Source: Methylotenera sp. | GTDB lineage: Bacteria > Pseudomonadota > Gammaproteobacteria > Burkholderiales > Methylophilaceae | Length of the DNA stretch: 64,000 nucleotides | Direction: 5' to 3' | NCBI GenBank assembly: GCA_046590165.1 | Contig: JBKJUR010000017.1 | Location: 12,330 to 76,329 of the forward strand | Shown: positions 35,522 to 46,227 of the stretch, piece after piece | How positions within the stretch are numbered: the first letter of the stretch is position 1 | Layout: each line of letters begins with the position of its first letter | The notes under the pieces: model-generated | Told to the model about the DNA's origin: nothing | Database searches by the model: none | What the model saw: only the letters and a program-made list of their open reading frames with translations | Made by a program: the position numbers and the translations under genes

Positions 35522-36922
35522 ATGCATATTCATATATTAGGTATTTGCGGCACATTCATGGGTGGCATCGCCGCGCTTGCTAAAGCTGAAGGCCATCAAG
35601 TCACTGGTTGCGACAGCAATGTGTATCCGCCTATGAGTACGCAGCTTGAGGCGCAAGGCATTGCACTCATAGAGGGTTTTGATCCTTCACAAACTTCACT
35701 TAATCCAGATATTTATGTGATTGGCAATGTGGTTTCACGTGGCAACCCATTAATGGAAGAAATCCTTAACCGTGGTTTACCTTATATTTCGGGGCCACAA
35801 TGGTTGGCGGAAAATGTGCTGCAAGGCAAGTGGGTGTTGGCGGTTGCAGGTACACATGGTAAAACAACCACTTCTTCGATGTTGGCTTGGATACTGGAAT
35901 ACGCAGGGCTAGCGCCAGGTTTCCTGATTGGCGGGGTGCCGCAGAACTTTGAAGTTTCTGCACGATTACCGCAGTCACCAGCACAAGATGCTAACAGTGT
36001 CTCGCCTTTTTTTGTCATTGAAGCCGACGAGTATGACACGGCCTTTTTTGATAAACGCTCGAAATTCGTGCACTATCGTCCGCGTACCGCTGTATTGAAT
36101 AATCTAGAGTTTGACCATGCAGATATATTTGACGATCTAGCCGCGATTGAAAAGCAGCTCCATCACTTGGTAAGAACCGTTCCGCAGAATGGTTTGATCG
36201 TGAGTAACGGTAAAGAAGCGAGCCTGAAAAGAGTGATTGATAAGGGCTGCTGGAGCAGCGTGGAGCAATTTGGCACTGATGCTGATTGGCAAGCGACAAA
36301 TGCTGAGGGTAATGGTAGTTTTGATGTGATGTTTGCAGGTAAGGTACAAGGTCGTGTGTTGTGGGATTTGCTCGGCGAGCATAATCGCATGAATGCGCTG
36401 GCAAGTATCGCTGCTGCCCGCCATGTTGGTGTCAGTGTTGAGGTAAGTATTGAAGCTTTAGCTGAATTTAAAAATGTAAAACGTCGTATGGAGGTACGTG
36501 GCGTTGAAAACGGTGTGACTGTTTATGATGATTTCGCACATCATCCAACGGCAATCACCACCACCGTTGCAGGTCTGCGTGGTAAAGTTGGCCAGGCACG
36601 TATATTGGCAGTATTGGAGCCACGTTCTAATACGATGAAATTGGGTGTGATGAAAAAGGCTTTGCCTGAAAGCTTAAAAGATGCAGATTTAGTCTATTGT
36701 TATGGTGCCAATTTAGGTTGGGACGCTACTGAAGCGCTCGCGCCGATTGAAGCCAAAGCTAAGGTATATGAAGACTTAACTGAAATGGTTACAGCAATTA
36801 CTCAGGTAGCAGAATGTGGTGATCAAATATTAGTCATGAGTAATGGTGGTTTTGGTGGTGTGCATCAAAAAATTCTTGATGCTTTAAGAAGTAAAGCAGA
36901 AACAGAGTTGAGGCATGGCTAA
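35522..36922 (+). CDS. mpl: UDP-N-acetylmuramate:L-alanyl-gamma-D-glutamyl-meso-DAP ligase
   Basis: MHIHILGICGTFMGGIAALAK...VAGTHGKTTTSSM is a Mur ligase family pattern with an Mpl-type N-terminus. Confidence 0.9.
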   Translation: MHIHILGICGTFMGGIAALAKAEGHQVTGCDSNVYPPMSTQLEAQGIALIEGFDPSQTSLNPDIYVIGNVVSRGNPLMEEILNRGLPYISGPQWLAENVLQGKWVLAVAGTHGKTTTSSMLAWILEYAGLAPGFLIGGVPQNFEVSARLPQSPAQDANSVSPFFVIEADEYDTAFFDKRSKFVHYRPRTAVLNNLEFDHADIFDDLAAIEKQLHHLVRTVPQNGLIVSNGKEASLKRVIDKGCWSSVEQFGTDADWQATNAEGNGSFDVMFAGKVQGRVLWDLLGEHNRMNALASIAAARHVGVSVEVSIEALAEFKNVKRRMEVRGVENGVTVYDDFAHHPTAITTTVAGLRGKVGQARILAVLEPRSNTMKLGVMKKALPESLKDADLVYCYGANLGWDATEALAPIEAKAKVYEDLTEMVTAITQVAECGDQILVMSNGGFGGVHQKILDALRSKAETELRHG

Positions 36923-37904
36923 GTCGCTTAATTCGACAGAAGCCAGATTACTCGCTTCTGTGAGCAGCAGGTCTAAAAAAATGAGCTTAATGAGTATTGC
37001 GATTTGGGTCTCAATATTAGTGCATGCAGCAGTATTAAGTATCCAATTTGAGCCTGAGTTAAAAAGATTCAAAGATAATCTGCCTGTGTTGGAAGTCTTT
37101 TTGGTGAATGCTAAAACCGCCACTAAGCCAGATAATGCTGAGGTTTTTGCACAGGCTAACTTGGATCGCGGCGGCAATACTGTGCAGAATCGCAAAATGA
37201 AAACAGCATTGCCAGCAGTTAAGCAGCAAAGTGCAGAATTCACGGTTAAGCCTGTTGCGCAAGAAAAAAAAGGTGCAAGGTCAGCGAATCAAACGGCAGA
37301 AGAAACAAAGGAGCAAAGACGTGTTGCGGAGCTTGAAAAACAATCGCAAGAATTGATGACACAAATTCAGTCTAGTAAAAAAGTCGAATCAAAAGCTTTG
37401 CAAAAAGCGGTGACAATAGAGTCGGCTGCAGGTAACCAAGAAGCTCCCAATAAAAAACTCGACCTCAGTGATATTACAGCAGCTGCTTTAGAAATGGATA
37501 AGCTTGAAGCCTTAATTTCTAAGCAACAAGACCAATATCAGAAACGCCCTAAACGTAAATTTGTAGGGGCAAGAGCTAAAGAATACCGCTATGCGCTTTA
37601 TGTAGATTCATGGCGTCAAAAGGTAGAGAAAGTAGGTAACCTTAACTATCCTGAGGCGGCTAAAGATTTGAAATTGTATGGTCAATTGCAAATGACGGTG
37701 TCTATCAATGCGGATGGTAGCATCGAGGATGTTGTAATCAATCGTAGCTCAGGGCACAAAGTATTAGATGAAGCCGCTAAGCATATTGTTGAGTTGGCAG
37801 CACCTTATGCACATTTTCCAGAAGATGTACATAAGGAAACGGATATTCTGAGTATTACACGTACTTGGACGTTTACTAAAGAAGACAGTTTGGCTACTGA
37901 ATAA
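36915..37904 (+). CDS. TonB-family protein (C-terminal TonB domain)
   Basis: An N-terminal TM segment, a charged linker, then the C-terminal YPEAAKDLKLYGQLQMTVSINADGSIEDVVINRSSGHKVLDEAA. Confidence 0.75.
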   Translation: MAKSLNSTEARLLASVSSRSKKMSLMSIAIWVSILVHAAVLSIQFEPELKRFKDNLPVLEVFLVNAKTATKPDNAEVFAQANLDRGGNTVQNRKMKTALPAVKQQSAEFTVKPVAQEKKGARSANQTAEETKEQRRVAELEKQSQELMTQIQSSKKVESKALQKAVTIESAAGNQEAPNKKLDLSDITAAALEMDKLEALISKQQDQYQKRPKRKFVGARAKEYRYALYVDSWRQKVEKVGNLNYPEAAKDLKLYGQLQMTVSINADGSIEDVVINRSSGHKVLDEAAKHIVELAAPYAHFPEDVHKETDILSITRTWTFTKEDSLATE

Positions 37905-37939
37905 CATCAGAATTTATTGAAAATTATCAAGCGATTATA

Positions 37940-38251
37940 ATGACCAATCACTTTGAACATCATGTGTTTTTTTGCCTCAATCAACGTGAAGACGGTGAAT
38001 CCTGCTGTATGGCTAAAGGTGCCGAAGCGGCGTTTGATCACATGAAATCACGTGTTAAGAAGTTGCACTTGAATGTTAAAGGAAAAGTGCGGATTAATCG
38101 TGCGGGTTGTTTCGATCGCTGTAACGAAGGCCCGCTATTGGTTGTGTATCCACAAGCGATTTGGTATACATTTGTCGATAATGAAGATATTGATGAGATT
38201 ATCAACAGTCATCTGATTAATGGCAATGTGGTTGAGCGTTTGGTAGTTTAA
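37940..38251 (+). CDS. Thioredoxin-like [2Fe-2S] ferredoxin domain protein
   Basis: The HHVFFCLNQRE...CC...GCFDRCNEGPLLVVYP pattern. Confidence 0.75.
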   Translation: MTNHFEHHVFFCLNQREDGESCCMAKGAEAAFDHMKSRVKKLHLNVKGKVRINRAGCFDRCNEGPLLVVYPQAIWYTFVDNEDIDEIINSHLINGNVVERLVV

Positions 38252-38252
38252 C

Positions 38253-38699
38253 TTAGTGGGTGGCTGAATTTAATGCGCATTGTATATGCGCGGTAATTTT
38301 TTCAATAAGCGGTTCGATATCTTCCCTGTTTAAATGCGCAGGGTTCACGTCCCTCAAAGCCTCACCCCAGTGCGAGTTAGGAAAATGTTTATCGTTTTCA
38401 AAACGCGGAATCACATGCCAATGCACATGCGGCGTTTTGTTACCTAGGCTGGCTAAATTGATTTTGTCAGGATTCAATAATTCTCTTAAGGCCAACTCTA
38501 CAGCAAACACGGTTTTCATCATCCGTGCGCGTTCAGTTGGCGTTAAATCACTCATTTCTTTGACATGTGCAAGCAGTTCAACGCGACAATAAGCTGGATA
38601 ATCAGCATCGTTCAATAGCACCACGCGACAAAAGTCATCTTGCCAAAGTATCGTATTGGTTGTGGATTCACACAACGCGCAAACTTGATTTGAATTCAA
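38253..38699 (-). CDS. HIT-family hydrolase
   Basis: The histidine triad is present: PHVHWHVIPR. Confidence 0.88.
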   Translation of the reverse strand: MNSNQVCALCESTTNTILWQDDFCRVVLLNDADYPAYCRVELLAHVKEMSDLTPTERARMMKTVFAVELALRELLNPDKINLASLGNKTPHVHWHVIPRFENDKHFPNSHWGEALRDVNPAHLNREDIEPLIEKITAHIQCALNSATH

Positions 38700-38700
38700 T

Positions 38701-39837
38701 TTACGAAGCTGCCAGCATGCGGTCTAAAGTCAGCTTAGCTAACTTAGCCTCGTGTGTAGGCACTTTGATTTGATTCACAATATTACCTTCGACCAAGTTC
38801 TCTAAAGTCCATGCTAAGTGTTGCGAGTCTATGCGGGCCATTGTAGAGCATTCACAAACTACGTGGCTCATGAACTGCACTAACTTGCCCTGCGATTTCA
38901 TATTATCTGCCAGGCGATTGACCAAATTAAGCTCCGTACCGACTAGCCATTTGGTGTTCGCGGGCGCTTCAGAAACAGTTTTGAGAATATATTCGGTAGA
39001 ACCTACATAGTCTGAATTTAAACATACTTCAAACGGCGCTTCGGGGTGCGAAATGACAAAACCATCAGGATGCTCTGCGCGAAATTTGGTGATATTCTGC
39101 AAGCGGAACATTTGATGTACAGCACAGTGCCCTTTCCATAGCAGGATTTTTGCATTTTTGATTTGCTCAACCGTTAAGCCGCCCATCGGTTGATCAGGGT
39201 CCCAAATCGGCATCTGTTCTAATGGAATGCCCATTTTGTACCCAGACCATCTGCCTAAGTTCTGGTCAGGAAAGAACAATACTTTTTCACGTTGTGCAAA
39301 ACCCCACTCAATAATTTTTGTTGCATTGGTACTGGTGCAAACAATCCCGCCATGCTCGCCGCAAAACGCTTTTAAGTCAGCGGCTGAGTTAATGTAAGTG
39401 ATGGGCGTAATTTGCTCATCAAAATTAAGCACTTTATTCAGTTCGCGATAGCTACGCTCTACTTTAGCAAGGTTCGCCATATCAGCCATTGAGCAGCCCG
39501 CAGCAAGGTCTGGCAAAATCACTATTTGCTCTGGTCGGCTCAAAATATCAGCCACTTCAGCCATAAAATGCACACCTAGAAATACGATGAACTCAGCATC
39601 AAGATTTTCTGTATAGCGGGAGAGTTTAAGTGAATCACCTGTGAAATCAGCATGGCGATATACACCTTCATTTTGGTAATGATGACCTAAGATGACTAAA
39701 CGTTTGCCTAATTTTTCTTTGGCGGCAATAATCCTCTGTTGGCAATCAGCATCATCTGAAGCTTGATAGCGCTCAAACTTGATTGGAATGTTTTTGATTT
39801 GACTAACAGAAGTCTTTGAAATGGTATCGGTTTGCAT
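38701..39837 (-). CDS. nadA: Quinolinate synthase
   Basis: 378 aa. ...ILGHHYQ...FLGVHFMAE...TSTNA... is the NadA pattern. Confidence 0.9.
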   Translation of the reverse strand: MQTDTISKTSVSQIKNIPIKFERYQASDDADCQQRIIAAKEKLGKRLVILGHHYQNEGVYRHADFTGDSLKLSRYTENLDAEFIVFLGVHFMAEVADILSRPEQIVILPDLAAGCSMADMANLAKVERSYRELNKVLNFDEQITPITYINSAADLKAFCGEHGGIVCTSTNATKIIEWGFAQREKVLFFPDQNLGRWSGYKMGIPLEQMPIWDPDQPMGGLTVEQIKNAKILLWKGHCAVHQMFRLQNITKFRAEHPDGFVISHPEAPFEVCLNSDYVGSTEYILKTVSEAPANTKWLVGTELNLVNRLADNMKSQGKLVQFMSHVVCECSTMARIDSQHLAWTLENLVEGNIVNQIKVPTHEAKLAKLTLDRMLAAS

Positions 39838-39907
39838 AGTATTAATGACGATTACTTAATGGGTCTTAAAGAGATAGTTTACTACTTTTAAATTGCTTGG
39901 TTGAAGT

Positions 39908-40357
39908 TTATAAGCTTAGTCCGTGGCGTTCACCTAACTTAGCGATTGCAGCTACATTCGTCCAAGAAAAAACGCGTTTAGCAGCCTCGCGCCAGTCCAC
40001 CCACTCATATCTTACATGTTCATCTGGTGCCAGTTTTATGGGTAGCGGCTTTGGTAATTCCAAGCCAAATACATGTTCTGTATTTTGCGTAACGCCTAGG
40101 GCATAACGATATCGCCAATGTTCGTAGATTTCATACACATTTGATATCTGCCAATCTTGCAAGTCATATTGCATCGTATCAATACCAGTTTCTTCTTCAA
40201 CTTCACGCATGGCAGCATGTAGAGGTGTTTCATCTTGCTCCAAACTGCCAGTGACTGATTGCCAAAAACCTGCTTTGTCTGCACGCTCCATAATAAGCAC
40301 TTGTAAATCACTAGTGTGAATAAGAATTAAGGCGGAAATTGGCGTTTTAAACATCAA
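39908..40357 (-). CDS. nudB: Nudix hydrolase, dihydroneopterin triphosphate diphosphatase-like
   Basis: FWQSVTGSLEQDETPLHAAMREVEEETGI contains the Nudix box and is NudB-like overall. Confidence 0.75.
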   Translation of the reverse strand: MMFKTPISALILIHTSDLQVLIMERADKAGFWQSVTGSLEQDETPLHAAMREVEEETGIDTMQYDLQDWQISNVYEIYEHWRYRYALGVTQNTEHVFGLELPKPLPIKLAPDEHVRYEWVDWREAAKRVFSWTNVAAIAKLGERHGLSL

Positions 40358-40509
40358 TAAGTTTTGTAATTTATAGAGTCAATACATCTGACAAAAAATA
40401 AGCTGCTAAGTGCGGTGAAAAACTTAGTGCAGTGAAAGGTTAATAGTTGCAGTGCTAAATTATTAATTTAAACAGAAAATTCGGCAGATAATTTACGTTA
40501 AGTTTTAGA

Positions 40510-41526
40510 CTAAACTTCAGTAGCTTTTGAATTTTTAGCATTAGTTAAATTTTTTGGTAGCTGGAATACAACACTTTCAATTACACCGTGCAGTTCTTGT
40601 ACTTGATTTGCACCCAATTGCTGCAATTTGGCGATGACCTCTTGAACTAATACCTCAGGGGCTGAAGCGCCAGCAGATACGCCAATTTTCTTCTTGGCCT
40701 TTAACCATTCAGGTTTAAGATGACTTGCGTTATCTATCATGTAAGCTTCTACACCTTGATTTTCAGCCACTTCTCGTAGGCGGTTAGAGTTAGAGCTATT
40801 TGGCGAACCAACTATAATCACTAAATCACAATCCTTAGCCATGATTTTTACTGCATCTTGGCGATTTTGCGTGGCATAACAAATATCATCGCTTTTAGGC
40901 GCTTGAATAGTAGGAAATCTGGCTCTCAAAGCTTTAATTACTAAGGCGGCATCATCAATAGATAAGGTGGTTTGTGTGACGTAAGCTATTTTTAACGGAT
41001 TTTTTACATTTAGCGTGGCCACATCTTCAGGTGTTTCCACTAAATGCATACCTGTATTTCCGTGATGGTCATCAGATTCATCAGCCTCACTCTGACCCAT
41101 AGTCCCTTCAACTTCAGGATGACCTCTATGGCCAATCATGACAATTTCCATATTTGCGGCACGCATCTTAGCCACTTCAATATGTACTTTTGTGACTAAA
41201 GGGCATGTTGCATCAAAGGCTATAAGACCGCGAACATCAGCCTCAGCGCGGATAGCTTTTGAAACACCATGCGCACTAAAAATCACCGTACTGCCCGTTG
41301 GAATTTCATCTAACTCTTCTACAAATACTGCGCCTTTGTTGCGTAATTCATCCACTACAAATTTGTTATGTACCACTTCATGGCGTACATAAATCGGCGC
41401 GCCAAATTTTTCGAGTGCCTGCTCAACGATAATGATTGCTCTATCAACGCCCGCGCAAAAACCACGCGGGTTTGCGAGTAAAACATCAGCAGCTGGTTTG
41501 TTTAAGTCTAGGTCTAACATACACAC
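40510..41526 (-). CDS. ispH: 4-hydroxy-3-methylbut-2-enyl diphosphate reductase
   Basis: [15 protein letters not shown]...HEVVHN...FSAHGVS...[10 protein letters not shown] is the IspH/LytB pattern. Confidence 0.95.
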   Translation of the reverse strand: MCMLDLDLNKPAADVLLANPRGFCAGVDRAIIIVEQALEKFGAPIYVRHEVVHNKFVVDELRNKGAVFVEELDEIPTGSTVIFSAHGVSKAIRAEADVRGLIAFDATCPLVTKVHIEVAKMRAANMEIVMIGHRGHPEVEGTMGQSEADESDDHHGNTGMHLVETPEDVATLNVKNPLKIAYVTQTTLSIDDAALVIKALRARFPTIQAPKSDDICYATQNRQDAVKIMAKDCDLVIIVGSPNSSNSNRLREVAENQGVEAYMIDNASHLKPEWLKAKKKIGVSAGASAPEVLVQEVIAKLQQLGANQVQELHGVIESVVFQLPKNLTNAKNSKATEV

Positions 41527-41600
41527 TTATTATTCATAAAAATTCACTCAAGGTATAATGCGTATATTAACTCAAATTCGGACATGCTTAAAATCAGGGC

Positions 41601-42497
41601 ATGCTTAAAAATATGAAAAATATCGCTGCTAAAAGCGTAGCTACTAAAAATACAGCCACATTATTGATTACCTGCCCAGATAGCAAAGGCATTGTGGCAG
41701 CAATCGCAGATTTTTTATACCAGCACGATGCCAACATTTTGCATGCAGATCAGCACCAAGATGCCGAAAATAACCTATTTTTAATGCGTGTTGAATGGGA
41801 TTTAGCGGGTTTTTCCTTAGCACCAGATGATTTCGAGCAACATTTCGCAGCAATCTCGACTAGGTTCAACATGGAATGGCAACTAAAGCTATCTCATAAA
41901 CCACTACGCGTCGCGATTATGGTCTCTCAATACGACCACTGCTTAGCAGATTTGTTGCATAGACATAAAAATGGCGAGTTGGTATGTGATATTCCGCTCA
42001 TAATCAGTAACCACCGTGATACTGAGGCGTTGGCTAAATTTTACGGTGTTGATTTTCATTATATTGAAGTGAATAAAGAGAATAAACCTGCTGCTGAAGC
42101 GCAACAGTTTGCACTGTTTGCCCAATATGAAATTGATTTAATCGTATTAGCGCGCTATATGCAAATTTTGTCACCAGATTTTGTTGCGCGCTATCCTAAG
42201 CAGATTATTAATATTCACCACTCTTTCTTACCTGCATTTATTGGCGCGCGACCTTATCATCGGGCTTTTGAGCGCGGCGTAAAGCTCATCGGCGCAACTG
42301 GTCATTACGTGACAGAGGTATTAGATGAAGGTCCGATCATTGAGCAAGATATTGACCGCATATCACATCGTGACCAAGTAGAAGATTTGATTCAAAAAGG
42401 TCGCGATCTAGAGCGTATAGTACTTTCAAAAGCCGTACGCTGGCATATTGAAAACCGCATTTTGTTGTACGCCAATAAAACGGTTATTTTTGATTAA
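41601..42497 (+). CDS. purU: Formyltetrahydrofolate deformylase
   Basis: An N-terminal ACT domain (LLITCPDSKGIVAAIADFL) plus the formyltransferase motif IINIHHSFLPAF. Confidence 0.93.
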   Translation: MLKNMKNIAAKSVATKNTATLLITCPDSKGIVAAIADFLYQHDANILHADQHQDAENNLFLMRVEWDLAGFSLAPDDFEQHFAAISTRFNMEWQLKLSHKPLRVAIMVSQYDHCLADLLHRHKNGELVCDIPLIISNHRDTEALAKFYGVDFHYIEVNKENKPAAEAQQFALFAQYEIDLIVLARYMQILSPDFVARYPKQIINIHHSFLPAFIGARPYHRAFERGVKLIGATGHYVTEVLDEGPIIEQDIDRISHRDQVEDLIQKGRDLERIVLSKAVRWHIENRILLYANKTVIFD

Positions 42498-42524
42498 TAA
42501 ACAATCGCTGACTTAAGGCCTGAT

Positions 42525-42560
42525 AAAAAAGCCAAGCTTAAAATTGAGCTTGGCTTTTTT
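42525..42560. terminator. Bidirectional rho-independent terminator between purU and lysA
   Basis: AAAAAA-GCCAAGCT-taaaattg-AGCTTGGC-TTTTTT. Confidence 0.85.
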
Positions 42561-42582
42561 ATTAAATTGCGGATTACGGTTA

Positions 42583-43851
42583 TTAACTTTTGGGTAATAT
42601 ACTTTCCAAAGCGAACAAATCAGCAATTAATTCACGCTTTCTAACAAGGTGGCATTGCTCCCCATCTACCATGACTTCTGCAGCACGTGGTCGGGTATTG
42701 TAGTTGCTTGCCATGCTCATACCATAAGCGCCTGCTGACATAATGGCCAGCAAATCACCTTCTTCTAAGGCAAGCGTTCTATCGTGACCTAAAAAGTCAC
42801 CACTTTCACATACGGGGCCTACGATTTCATAAGTGAGCGTCTTTGTTTTACTTAGGACTCGAGTCTCGTGCGGCTGCACAGCTTTAATATCATGATATGC
42901 ATCATATAAAGCAGGACGCATCAAGTCATTCATCGCTGCGTCAACAATAGCGAAATTCTTACTTTCAGTCTGTTTTAGGTATTCAACTTTTGTCAGTAAT
43001 ACGCCTGCGTTACCTACCAATGCTCTGCCAGGCTCAAATACTAGTTTTATATCACGGTCGCCTAGTTTTGCACGCATCGCAGTTGCATAGGCTGCGAATT
43101 CTGGCGGCGTTTCATCGTTGTAACAAATACCAATGCCGCCGCCAGCATCAATATGTTGAATATGAATGCCTTTTTCTTCTAACGCATCAACCAGCGCTAA
43201 TACGCGATCAAAAGCGTCTAAAAAAGGCGATAACTCAGTAATTTGCGAACCTATGTGGCAATCAACACCATGTATCACAATGTTTGGCATGGCTTCAGCT
43301 TGCAAATAAATATCAAGCGCTTCTTCATAAGCCACGCCAAATTTATTATTTTTTAATCCAGTTGAGATATATGGGTGAGTTTTAGCATCAACATTAGGGT
43401 TAACGCGTAATGATATTGGTGCTACTTTACCCATGCTTGCAGCTACTTTATTCAGGCGGGTTAACTCACTGGCTGACTCAACATTGAAGCAAAAAATATT
43501 TGCGTTGAGCGCTACTTGCATTTCAATTTCAGTTTTACCAACACCAGAAAATACAATTTTATTTGGATCACCACCCGCCGCCAATACGCGCGCTAATTCG
43601 CCACCAGAAACAATATCAAATCCAGCGCCTAATTTAGCAAATAAATTCAAAATAGCGAGACTAGGATTGGCTTTTACTGCAAAGCAAATCAAGTGGTTAG
43701 TGCCTATAAAGCCAGCACTAAATTGCTCAAAAGCTTGCGTAAGCGCTAATTTTGAATAGATATAACAAGGTGTGCTAAATTCTTTTGCTATTTTGTTTAA
43801 TGCAACATTTTCGGCATGCAATTCGCCATTTTTTAATTCAAAAATATTCAC
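42583..43851 (-). CDS. lysA: Diaminopimelate decarboxylase
   Basis: The pattern ...CFAVKANP...GGGIG...CESGD... is present. I place the start at GTG 43851 (M/V-NIFELKNGELHAE), because the longer track ORF (to 43914) would overlap the upstream lipoprotein gene. Confidence 0.9.
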   Translation of the reverse strand: MNIFELKNGELHAENVALNKIAKEFSTPCYIYSKLALTQAFEQFSAGFIGTNHLICFAVKANPSLAILNLFAKLGAGFDIVSGGELARVLAAGGDPNKIVFSGVGKTEIEMQVALNANIFCFNVESASELTRLNKVAASMGKVAPISLRVNPNVDAKTHPYISTGLKNNKFGVAYEEALDIYLQAEAMPNIVIHGVDCHIGSQITELSPFLDAFDRVLALVDALEEKGIHIQHIDAGGGIGICYNDETPPEFAAYATAMRAKLGDRDIKLVFEPGRALVGNAGVLLTKVEYLKQTESKNFAIVDAAMNDLMRPALYDAYHDIKAVQPHETRVLSKTKTLTYEIVGPVCESGDFLGHDRTLALEEGDLLAIMSAGAYGMSMASNYNTRPRAAEVMVDGEQCHLVRKRELIADLFALESILPKS

Positions 43852-43855
43852 GAAA

Positions 43856-44023
43856 TTATTCTTTAGTAGTAGGTTGTGTTGTTGGGAAGGGTTGAGGCGC
43901 AGGCATTTCTTCATGCTGTTGAGGGTAGCGCTGCTCAGGAATGTACAACGGTCCTTTTGTGCCGCAACCTGCTAAAGCCAAATAGCCGCATAGCAAAAAA
44001 ATCATTAAAGTTTGTTTTGGCAT
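43856..44023 (-). CDS. Small lipoprotein, LptM/YifL-like
   Basis: MPKQTLMIFLLCGYLALAGCGTKGPLYIP has the lipobox LAGC and a GPLY motif. Its position upstream of lysA is typical. Confidence 0.7.
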   Translation of the reverse strand: MPKQTLMIFLLCGYLALAGCGTKGPLYIPEQRYPQQHEEMPAPQPFPTTQPTTKE

Positions 44024-44195
44024 TACGTTTTTCACTATATTTTCATGATTAAGTGAACATTTTATCATTAATGTTATGGAAGGTAAGAGATGGTTTTACC
44101 GCTTATTTTGTATAAATTACCGCCTATCGGATACTGCTAGACGCGCATTATTAGCTTTGGCATGATTCAAGTGATTATTGGAGGGTTGAAAAGTA

Positions 44196-44594
44196 ATGAA
44201 TATTACAAAAGTTTTGCAAAAAGGTTTTACGCTAATTGAGCTAATGATTGTAGTAGCGATTATCGGCCTACTCGCAGCCATTGCAATTCCCAGTTATCGC
44301 GAATATATAATTCGTAGTAATCGAGCGGCAGCGCAATCTCAAATGCTAACGATAGCTAACCGCGAAGAACAATATTTGCTGGCAAACCGTGCTTATGCAG
44401 ATAAAGCTACTATCACATCCAGCGGTTATGCCTTGCCTAGCGAGGTTAGTTCAAAATACGGTTATGATATTGTGATTGGCGCGGGAACAGTACCATCTTA
44501 CACCATCACCTTCACACCATCAGGCTCTCAAACAAGCGATGGCAACCTTACGCTGAATAGTGCAGGTGTTAAAACTCCTGCCGCTAAATGGTAA
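44196..44594 (+). CDS. pilE: Type IV pilin (PilE-like)
   Basis: Prepilin leader and N-terminal helix: [26 protein letters not shown]. Confidence 0.85.
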   Translation: MNITKVLQKGFTLIELMIVVAIIGLLAAIAIPSYREYIIRSNRAAAQSQMLTIANREEQYLLANRAYADKATITSSGYALPSEVSSKYGYDIVIGAGTVPSYTITFTPSGSQTSDGNLTLNSAGVKTPAAKW

Positions 44595-45160
44595 TCATGA
44601 AATCGTTATCTAAGCAACATCGTCAGCTAGGCCTCTCAATGCTTGAGGTGCTTATTACGATTGTAATATTATCAATAGGCTTGCTAGGTTTGGCAGGATT
44701 ACAGTCTCGTTTACAAATATCAGAAATGGAAGCATATCAGCGCGCGCAAGCACTTATTTTGCTAGAAGACATGGCTAACCGTATTGCGGTAAACCGTAAT
44801 AACGCAGCTAGTTATGTTACTGGTGCAGGTAGCCCACTTGGTGCGGACATTTCCTGCCCAACCGCTACAACCACCAGTAAAGATAAAGATGTGAGGGAAT
44901 GGTGCAATACCTTGCAAGGCGCTTCAGAAACCTCAGGGAGTAGCAAAGTGGGTGCATTTATTGGCGGGCGTGGCTGCGTAGAAGACCTAGGTAGTGACCA
45001 ATATATGGTAACCGTGGCTTGGCAGGGCCTGGCGCCGGTTTCTGCCCCGCCAGCAAGTGTTGCTTGTGGGAAAGATCTCTACAATAGCGGCACTGTTTGT
45101 ACTGGTGATCTGTGCCGCCGTGCACTTACAACCATTGTGCGTATTGCGAAGCTAACATGA
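44588..45160 (+). CDS. pilV: Type IV pilus minor pilin PilV
   Basis: [25 protein letters not shown] is a PilV-type N-terminus. The start could instead be 44597. Confidence 0.8.
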   Translation: MVIMKSLSKQHRQLGLSMLEVLITIVILSIGLLGLAGLQSRLQISEMEAYQRAQALILLEDMANRIAVNRNNAASYVTGAGSPLGADISCPTATTTSKDKDVREWCNTLQGASETSGSSKVGAFIGGRGCVEDLGSDQYMVTVAWQGLAPVSAPPASVACGKDLYNSGTVCTGDLCRRALTTIVRIAKLT

Positions 45161-46227
45161 ATTATATGAGCCGAAAATTACACACTAATTTTTTTACCCC
45201 AGCTGCACGTGTTTTGCAATCTGGCTTCAGCTTGATTGAGTTGATGGTTGCCATCACCATAGGTTTATTGATTTTGGTTGCTCTTAGTGCGCTTTTTCTA
45301 AATATCACGCGTGCAAATAATGAAATGGCCAAGACCAATATGCAAATAGAAAATGGTCGTTTTGCGATGCAGCTTCTGCAAAGTGACCTGGTACACGCTG
45401 GGTTCTGGGGCAGACTCGGTTATACGCAGGCACCAGCACCTACTTTTGCTGCGCCAACTGCCATTCCAGCCCCGTGTGTCGTCAGCGGGTGGAATGATGT
45501 CTACAAAAAGAACCTGCTCGCCATCCCAGTGCAAGGCTTTGCTGACGGTAGCGCACTTGGGGGTTGTAACGTGACGGGCGTGCAGGCCAGTAGCGACGTG
45601 CTGGTGGTGCGCCACGCCAACACCTGCACAGCGGGAAGCGCGAACTGCGACGGTGGTGCCGATACAGGGGCGCATATTCAGGTATCTGCTTGCCAAGCTG
45701 GCTCACCGCCGCCAGAAGCAGCATATGTAATTGACTCAGCAACGTTCCCGCTCAGGGAAAAAAACTGCGTAACGATTGCCACTCGTCGCAAGATTGTTTC
45801 TAATATTTACTATGTTGCCACCAGCAATAATCAACCTACTTTAATGCGTGTCTCGCTGGTTAACGGTGCCTACTCTGCCCCGCAGCCACTTATTGAGGGT
45901 ATTGAGGCATTCCGCGTTGAATACGGCATTGATTCACTGGGTAAGAATGGCCTGCCGGTTAGCACCGCTAATCCAGGTGACGGAAGCGCCGATTCCTACG
46001 TGTCCTGTCCCGCAGCTGGCTGCACGCTAGACAAGCTTGCCAATATCGTCGCCGTCAAGATTTATGTGCTGGCGCGCAATCTTGAAACAACGCCTGGCTA
46101 TACGGACAACAAGTCCTATCAACTGGGAGCTACGACTATTGCCGCAGCGACAGATAGCTACAAGCGTCATGTTTTTTCTACTACTGTTCGTCTGGTTAAC
46201 CCATCCAGCAGGAGGGAGACTCCATGA
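45157..46227 (+). CDS. pilW: Type IV pilus assembly protein PilW
   Basis: ATG at 45157 overlaps the pilV stop (ATGA). SGFSLIELMVAITIGLLIL is the prepilin-type N-terminus. Confidence 0.8.
   Translation: MNYMSRKLHTNFFTPAARVLQSGFSLIELMVAITIGLLILVALSALFLNITRANNEMAKTNMQIENGRFAMQLLQSDLVHAGFWGRLGYTQAPAPTFAAPTAIPAPCVVSGWNDVYKKNLLAIPVQGFADGSALGGCNVTGVQASSDVLVVRHANTCTAGSANCDGGADTGAHIQVSACQAGSPPPEAAYVIDSATFPLREKNCVTIATRRKIVSNIYYVATSNNQPTLMRVSLVNGAYSAPQPLIEGIEAFRVEYGIDSLGKNGLPVSTANPGDGSADSYVSCPAAGCTLDKLANIVAVKIYVLARNLETTPGYTDNKSYQLGATTIAAATDSYKRHVFSTTVRLVNPSSRRETP

Noticed and set aside
32637-36424. Antisense ORFs inside metH and mpl (32637-33038, 33780-34157, 36015-36404 and others)
   Set aside because: The same reasoning applies. 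metH and mpl are unambiguous on the plus strand, and the overlapping frames have low-complexity, stop-avoiding composition.
42583-43914. Longer lysA ORF starting at ATG 43914
   Set aside because: It would overlap the upstream LptM-like lipoprotein gene by about 60 nt and add a non-conserved N-terminus. The GTG at 43851 gives the usual MNIFELK-type start.
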